From contig NW_004797404.1 of NCBI RefSeq assembly GCF_000002075.1, forward strand, positions 1,232,775 to 1,288,113: DNA of 55,339 nucleotides, given 5' to 3'. The notes under the pieces are model-generated. The model ran no database searches, was not told where the DNA came from, and was given only the letters and a program-made list of their open reading frames with translations. A program made the translations under genes and the position numbers. Within the stretch, counting starts at the first letter, position 1, and each line of letters starts with the position of its first letter. The DNA comes from Aplysia californica. Its lineage: Eukaryota. This document shows positions 49,190 through 55,339 of this stretch, one piece after another.

Positions 49190-49690
49190 TTCGACCCCGT
49201 CGGGGGAGGTGGAAACAGGACAAAGTTACGGTGTAACTTTAGGTCACTGAGGAGTTTCGCTAGCCGTGAAGGCCGACCTGGGTCACCCCGAAACCTGGCT
49301 GGCTAAAGGGGCTCTGGTGAAACCGTGACTGGCCTAGCAAGCCGACGACGAATAAATCATGCTACTAAAAGAACAAAGGAGAATACACGGACTGATTCAA
49401 ACGGAAAAAGACTAGGAACATTAAACGGACAGCAATCTAGAACAACGATTAACATAGGTACATGAAATATCAGCAGACCTGGAGACAAATAGTGAATTTT
49501 ATGGAAAGAAAGGACATAGCAATCATGGGCTTGTCAGATATAAAGAAGAGAGGCAACCACAACAAACTGACTGATAAAGGCTACCTCCTGATCTGGAGCA
49601 GAACACCTGACAATGAGAAAGAGGGAAAGAAAAAAAGCTGCGAGCTGGCCTACCATAGAAAACTGCATCTCCCCCTCGACGCTTAACGGC
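49190..49690 (+). mobile_element. 5' part of RTE-like LINE (5'UTR + degenerate APE endonuclease start)
   Basis: IGT*N...IVNFMERKDIAIMGLSDIKKRG...GYLLIWS. Confidence 0.6.
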
Positions 49691-49859
49691 AACAGAGGAT
49701 GAACAAGTAAAGTAATAACGAAGCTGCGATAACAGCGCCGTCTTCACTGTACGAAACAGCAAGGGGGGGGGGGGTCAGAATCTCTGTCATCCAACACGAC
49801 ACTCCCACCCTCACACTACCCATGTAACAAATAACAAATAACACTGCTTCTGGAAGCTC

Positions 49860-50350
49860 ATACCATGAAGGTCATGGACTGACCAGTATTCGTACCGGAC
49901 ATATCTAAAACAGCACACGTTGGGATGAGCTGAACCGCAAAGTGTGTGCCGTTTTGCGAATCTGCAGCTATTAGGAGATTGCGCTGCAGCGAAAGTGGGA
50001 GATACTTTCTTAATAAAACTTTGAAAATGTTATAAAATCAATGTATAAAACATACATGTTAATGGTGGCCATACAATTTACCAAGGGTGAGACATCTTTG
50101 TTGAGTTTTAATTTGTGTTTATCTGCAAATGTGTCTAAACGGGGTATCGATGTGTCGAAATCAGTTTAAATGTGTGATCAAAATGGTTCACAATTGAAGG
50201 AAAATGTATACAGTTCAAAAATCACTTCTTTTAATCTATCTATATTTGATACCAACATGTTTAGACTATGCGAAGTATTGGCGTTTGTAATGGTGTTCAG
50301 TATATTAGATATAACATATACATTATATATATATACGACTTGCGGTACAG
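49860..50350 (+). mobile_element. Tc1-like 3' relic
   Basis: WDELNRKV, ALQRKWE and NGGHTIY-like terminal motifs. Confidence 0.5.
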
Positions 50351-50384
50351 TCAAGAGATCCTGAAGAGAAGGGGTGTGTGATCC

Positions 50385-51950
50385 ATTCGAATTTATTGTA
50401 ACAACTATAGAAGTATCTCACTGCTAAGCATCACTGGAAAAGCTTTCGCTAGGATCATCCTGATGCGACTTCAGAAGCTCACAGAAAGATTCCTACCAGA
50501 GAGCCAATGTGGTTTCAGATCAAAATGCTCAAAAAATGGACTTGATCTTTTCTATTTGTCAGCTCCAAGAAAATAACAGGGAGCAACAACTGCGATTAGA
50601 TACTGCGTCCGTCGATCTTAAAAATACTTTTGATACATTCAGTAGATCAGGACTCTACATAGTGCTTGGAAAAATTGTCTGTCCCCCAATACAGCTCATC
50701 ATCTCATACACGAAGATATGAAAGCCACCATTCAGTTGTATGGTTCGACATCAAATAGTTTCAACATGAATAGGGGAGTAAAGCAAGGTTGTATCTTAGC
50801 ACCTACCCTTTTTAGCACTTATTTGGCTGTCTTACTGCTACATGCATTCAAAGAGTCACCAGGGGATGTCTTCCTCCACTGGAGAACTGATGGGTCGCTC
50901 TTCGATCTTGCTCGACGCAAGGCCAAGACTAAGATCAACCAAACAACAGTACGCGACCTTCTCTTCGCCGATGATGCTGCTCTTGTTGCTCACAGTGAAT
51001 CAACCCTACAAACAATGATGGACCGTCTATCAACAGAAATCAAGGTCTTTAGCTTGGTCATCACTTTTAAGAAAACAGTCATTCTTACCCAAGAAGGTGC
51101 ATGCAGAGCAGAGCCATACATGGCTGAACGACAAGGAACTTGAGACAGTGGACACGTTCTCTTACCTGGGGGCTACCATCAGCTCTACTGCATCCCTTAA
51201 TTATGAGATCAACATCAGGATAGGGAAAGCAACAACAACTTTTGGAAAGCTGATAAAACGAGTATGGGAAAACAATCAAAAATCCCCATCAAAACAAAGA
51301 TCAAGATTTCCGAAGCATGTGTCCTCAGCACACTCATTTATGGATTTGAAACATGGACTGTGTACAGAAGACAAGAAAGGCGCCTCGACATTTTCCACCT
51401 CAGATGCTACCGCAAGATCTTAGGCATTTCATGGCTTGCCAAGGTTACACGTCATGTAGAAGTGTTGGCACGGGCAAACCTCCAGAGCATGACAACTATC
51501 CTGTGTTTAAAAAGATTGAGATGGCTGGGCCATATCAAGAGAATGAACGACAACCAGATTCCGAAGCAACTTCGCTATGGAGAACTTGTCCAGGGAAAGA
51601 GACCAAGAGGAAGACCAAAATAGAGGTACAAAGACACCTGCAGAAACAGCTTATCTAATCTTGTTAGCATTTGAGAAGAAATTGCTGAGGACAGGAAAAC
51701 AGGGAGCAAAAGGATAAAGGAAAGAACTGTAATGCTAGAGAGTAGCATTAGAAACAGCCAGGCTGAAAAGCGCCAACGACGAAAGGAAAACAGCGGAAAT
51801 ACAGAGCTTCGATCTACAACACAGACATGCAAGCACTGCCACAGAATCTGCGCTTCAAACATAGGAAAAATTTGCCATGAAAGAAGCTGCATGAAGACAA
51901 CCTTGAGACCATCTTAAGCTAAATTGACCGTCTGCATAGACGAAAAGAGC
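50385..51950 (+). mobile_element. RTE-clade LINE, RT and C-terminus, decayed, with (CA)n tail
   Basis: LPESQCGFR, GVKQGCILAPTLF, LLFADD, FSYLG, LRWLGHI..M...IPKQL.YGEL, CKHCHRIC; (CA)n(TA)n 51951-52032. Confidence 0.9.
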
Positions 51951-51954
51951 CACA

Positions 51955-52008
<54 letters not shown>

Positions 52009-52044
52009 TATATATATATATATATATATATACATGGGGTGGGG

Positions 52045-52545
52045 GTGGGCTCTTGAGGCCCAGGGGTTAAAGTGTTTGCCTCTCATTCAGAGGTCACGGG
52101 CTCGAATCAGGTTAGCGACGGAAACCATTTCCTTTTCTAAAATTGTCTCCTTTCACCTCCTTTCTTGCTCTTTAGCAATTTTCTGTCATCTGCTTGTCTT
52201 CACTTTCTGTTCCCACCACTCACCTCATTTGCCTTTCTACTACTACTACTCCTTGGCTCCTTCTTACTGCTGTCTTTCAGCCACACCCCTGATCTTCTGG
52301 TACGAAAGATCAACGCCTAGCCTTTTCGAACAAGGGCAAAACACCTCGGAGGTCCCGTGTGCTAGTTGAGCACGTTAAAGGTCCCTTGGTGGTCTAAAAT
52401 TTTTAAGAGTATACTTCGGCCGCCACCCAAACAGAATTCAATATTTTCTACCGACTGAAATTGTTTAACGTTTCCCTCGTGCCCATAAGGCCTTATGCAG
52501 TTGCAAGCGCCGTAAAACACTTTCTTTAGTTTAAAAAAGGAAAAC
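52045..52545 (+). mobile_element. SINE family A copy (diverged)
   Basis: Degenerate A/B boxes; tail CCTTATGCAGTTGCAAGCGCCGTAAAACAC. Confidence 0.85.
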
Positions 52546-54826
52546 AAATTATTTCTAAATTTGTGAGGCAGCGTGGTGGAATCAGGCTCTCGTCAATTTT
52601 GGGCTTGTAGAGTTATTGGTATCATCTTAAAGCTTGTTCCCACGTCTTTATTTGGAGAGAAAAAAAAATATTTTTCTTGAATACAAGTCGAGATATTCGC
52701 AAATGAAGGAGGTGAGAGTCACCTGTTTTTAGAGGTAAATTAGTGAGAAAATGGCAGCCGAAGATTAGTTATTTCCTTAGCTTAAGAATCTGTGGTAATT
52801 GAAAACCTACATTTTTCGTGTGCCTTAAATGAACGGGTTTTTTTTTCTTTTTGAAAAATCCACACAGAAATCAGTTCTTTAATGGGCATGAAAGGTGTTG
52901 AGCCAAAAAAACAGTAATTTGATAAAAATTAACAAACATGGGGAAAAATGCAAGTTTCTTCCCTTTGGTTATTTTGACGAGAGCCNNNNNNNNNNNNNNN
53001 NNNNNNNNNNNNNNNNNNNNNNNNNNNNNNNNNNNNNNNNNNNNNNNNNNNNNNNNNNNNNNNNNNNNNNNNNNNNNNNNNNNNNNNNNNNNNNNNNNNN
53101 NNNNNNNNNNNNNNNNNNNNNNNNNNNNNNNNNNNNNNNNNNNNNNGGCAACTCTATAAGAAACTCTTTAAATAAATTTTTGACACATCAATGTTGATGA
53201 TTTTCGTTAACATGACCCACGCTCATTCCTATCAGATTTACGCTATCTGATAAGTATGAAAAGATGCGCATGTATCCGTATTCATTGTAACATGTTATGA
53301 CTGCACAGTTGGACGTGTGCTGACATCTATGGTCCTAACAGAACTGTATAGAATATAGATTGAAAGTTATAGATTCATGTCTAGGAGCTGAGAGCAAAGA
53401 TGACTTTGAAGATAATGATGATAATGGGGATGACGTGAAATAATGGTTATATGAATGCATGCTTTAAAAAACATGTTTTGACGCACTGGTAGACAAACGT
53501 TTCTTGGTGTTTATGTTAGCCCTATCATCATGTACCTCAGTAAGTCTTGAAAGCTGGGGAGGGGGTAGAGGGATTGGGGGGGGGGGGGGGGGGGTGAGGG
53601 GCCACCCGCTATCCCACTCCCTACAGGAAGAACTCATATTGTCAGCAAAAAGTTTCTACTAAGGTGACCTTTTTAGCGTTAGTCTATTCTCTCGGGTCAA
53701 TTAGTTAAGTAATGGGTAAATAGGTGCAGGCTTACGTAGCTGGATTGTAGAAGAAAAAAGTAGAGCGAAAAGGTTAAAGATTTCTATTTACATAGGAAGA
53801 AATGAGTAGGGATGGTGATTATGGTGGTGGTAATGACCGTGGTGAAAGGTCCAGACAAAATACGGGACGGTCGGGAAAGAAAACCTCATGAGTAGCCTAC
53901 TTAAGTGGTGATAGTGTCAAAATAAAAACAGTAAGATTTCTTATCGACGAAAATCGTGACTACTGAGGCCTCCTAACAAGCTTAAAATGTGCGTTTTGCA
54001 TTGATGATTTTACTTTTACAAAAGACAACACAAGACAAGGTAACAGGGTAAGTCTTTGTATCTCCTGTCTCTGTTTTTGACGATCTAAGTAAAAGTAGAC
54101 AGATTGTACCATATAGCTATAATTTTTGGTCTATTTTCATGTCATTTAGCTTTGAGTGTTCTTGCAATCATGTCTTTTTCCACCTTGCAGAGTCAACGTC
54201 AGTACAATTAGTTATCTCTCAAAGGAACTTTATTTTCATAGATTAAGCGAGGCTTTCACTAACGTCCGTATTCGCCAGCGCTGCTCACCAAATTAGTTAA
54301 TAAATTAGAAATCGTCGGAGAGTTTGTTGCATTCTCTTTACCCACACTAAAACTTCATTAATGGGAAGATTTAGGGAGCCCATCAAAACAAAATATAAAA
54401 AAAAAAAAAAATCATAGCACCAAACAATTTTTCAAATGCTAAACCCATTCACACTAAAATATCTGCCCTTAACTTGGCAATTTTAGCTTTAATAATTATT
54501 CGTTCTTTTGGAAACTGTCGTGTTAGGAAATTCAGTTAGTTTACGCCACACCTTTATTGCTGTAAAGAATTATCATTTTTAGTTAATTGAAATATCGCAC
54601 CTAATTGACGAAATGATACGGTTTTTGTTTTCATGTAATTTTTAATTTGAAGAATAAACATTCCAGAGAACTGAAATAGTACGATATTTATTTGTCTTTT
54701 ACAACTTAAGAAAAATACTTCATTACAGAATCTTGAGTGAAAATGTCTCTTTTACTGTTTTTAAATTTTTTAGATAAAGATAATACCGAAAGGTAAAAGT
54801 AAACCAGTTATGCTCTTTGTCTCCAG

Positions 54827-54927
54827 ATGATCAAGCTCGCAATTTTTGCCCTCTCTGTTGCCGTGGCTTCGGCCAACACAGACGCCAACTGGCTTATCTT
54901 CAAAGCCAAGTATAACAAAGAATACAG
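54827..54927 (+). CDS. First coding exon of a cathepsin L-like preproprotein (or stand-alone I29 inhibitor): signal peptide + start of I29
   Basis: TCTTTGTCTCCAG|ATG; MIKLAIFALSVAVASANTDANWLIFKAKYNKEY (WxxFKxxYxKxY); AG|GTAC donor; too short for the ORF track. Confidence 0.85.
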
Positions 54928-55094
54928 GTACTTCGAAAAAGAAATAGACAACAATTATATTTTGTTTATTTTGAATTGCCTGTTTCAGTAAGCACGTATT
55001 TAACTTGTTTATATTCGTATATTTGCCTTCGAGTTATGCAAGTTAAATTAACATTAGCTTACTATTTTAGACATTTCTCTATCTTGGCCTCATC

Positions 55095-55339
55095 TTTATT
55101 TCTCTTACTGTATCTCTTCCCTTTCTAAGACTAATTCTCTTTTCCTTCTTCTCTCCCTTTCTCTTACGGTCTCTTATGGTTTCCCTTTCATTCTCTCTCT
55201 CTCTCTGTGTTCAATTATCTATCTATCCATATCTCTCGTTCTCTCTTTTTATCTCTCTCCATCTTTCTCCCTCCTGTATTTCTCTCTATCTTTGCCTCTA
55301 CCCTCCCTCTCTCTTTCTCTCTCTCTTTCTCTCTCCCCC
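55095..55339. repeat. CT-rich low-complexity tract (intronic)
   Basis: Direct inspection. Confidence 0.8.

Noticed and set aside
49248-49295. CTGAGGAG...CGAAAC hammerhead core
   Set aside because: Stem II does not pair beyond one base pair; the residues fit a different hairpin better.
1-55339. CRISPR array, prokaryotic defence system or operon
   Set aside because: Eukaryotic spliced-gene and TE landscape; no regularly spaced repeat-spacer array or bacterial-type genes.

Overview
Gapped, AT-rich, repeat-dominated eukaryotic (metazoan, probably gastropod mollusc - inference) scaffold; nothing prokaryotic. Host content is a decaying cathepsin L-like (papain family C1A) cluster. On the minus strand there is one penultimate exon (14249-14415) that can splice in phase to an open last exon (11712-11817), four more truncated or degenerate last-exon copies, and two possible first-exon relics. 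On the plus strand a signal peptide + I29 propeptide first coding exon lies at 54827-54927. The rest is mostly transposons: a full-length intact L1/Tx1-type LINE (ORF1 lacks zinc knuckles, flanked by an identical 78-bp repeat, structured downstream region), a decayed Gypsy with a collapsed 29-bp 5' LTR, a Gypsy-in-Gypsy nest of two internally deleted elements, Tc1/mariner relics (one with a LINE and a SINE inside its TIRs), RTE and I-group LINE fragments, at least 8 copies of a tRNA-derived SINE, a second family without a tRNA head that shares its 3' tail (one copy carries a perfect 44-bp hairpin), two other SINEs, and many microsatellites. All alignments and folds were done by eye; no novel system is established, only candidates.
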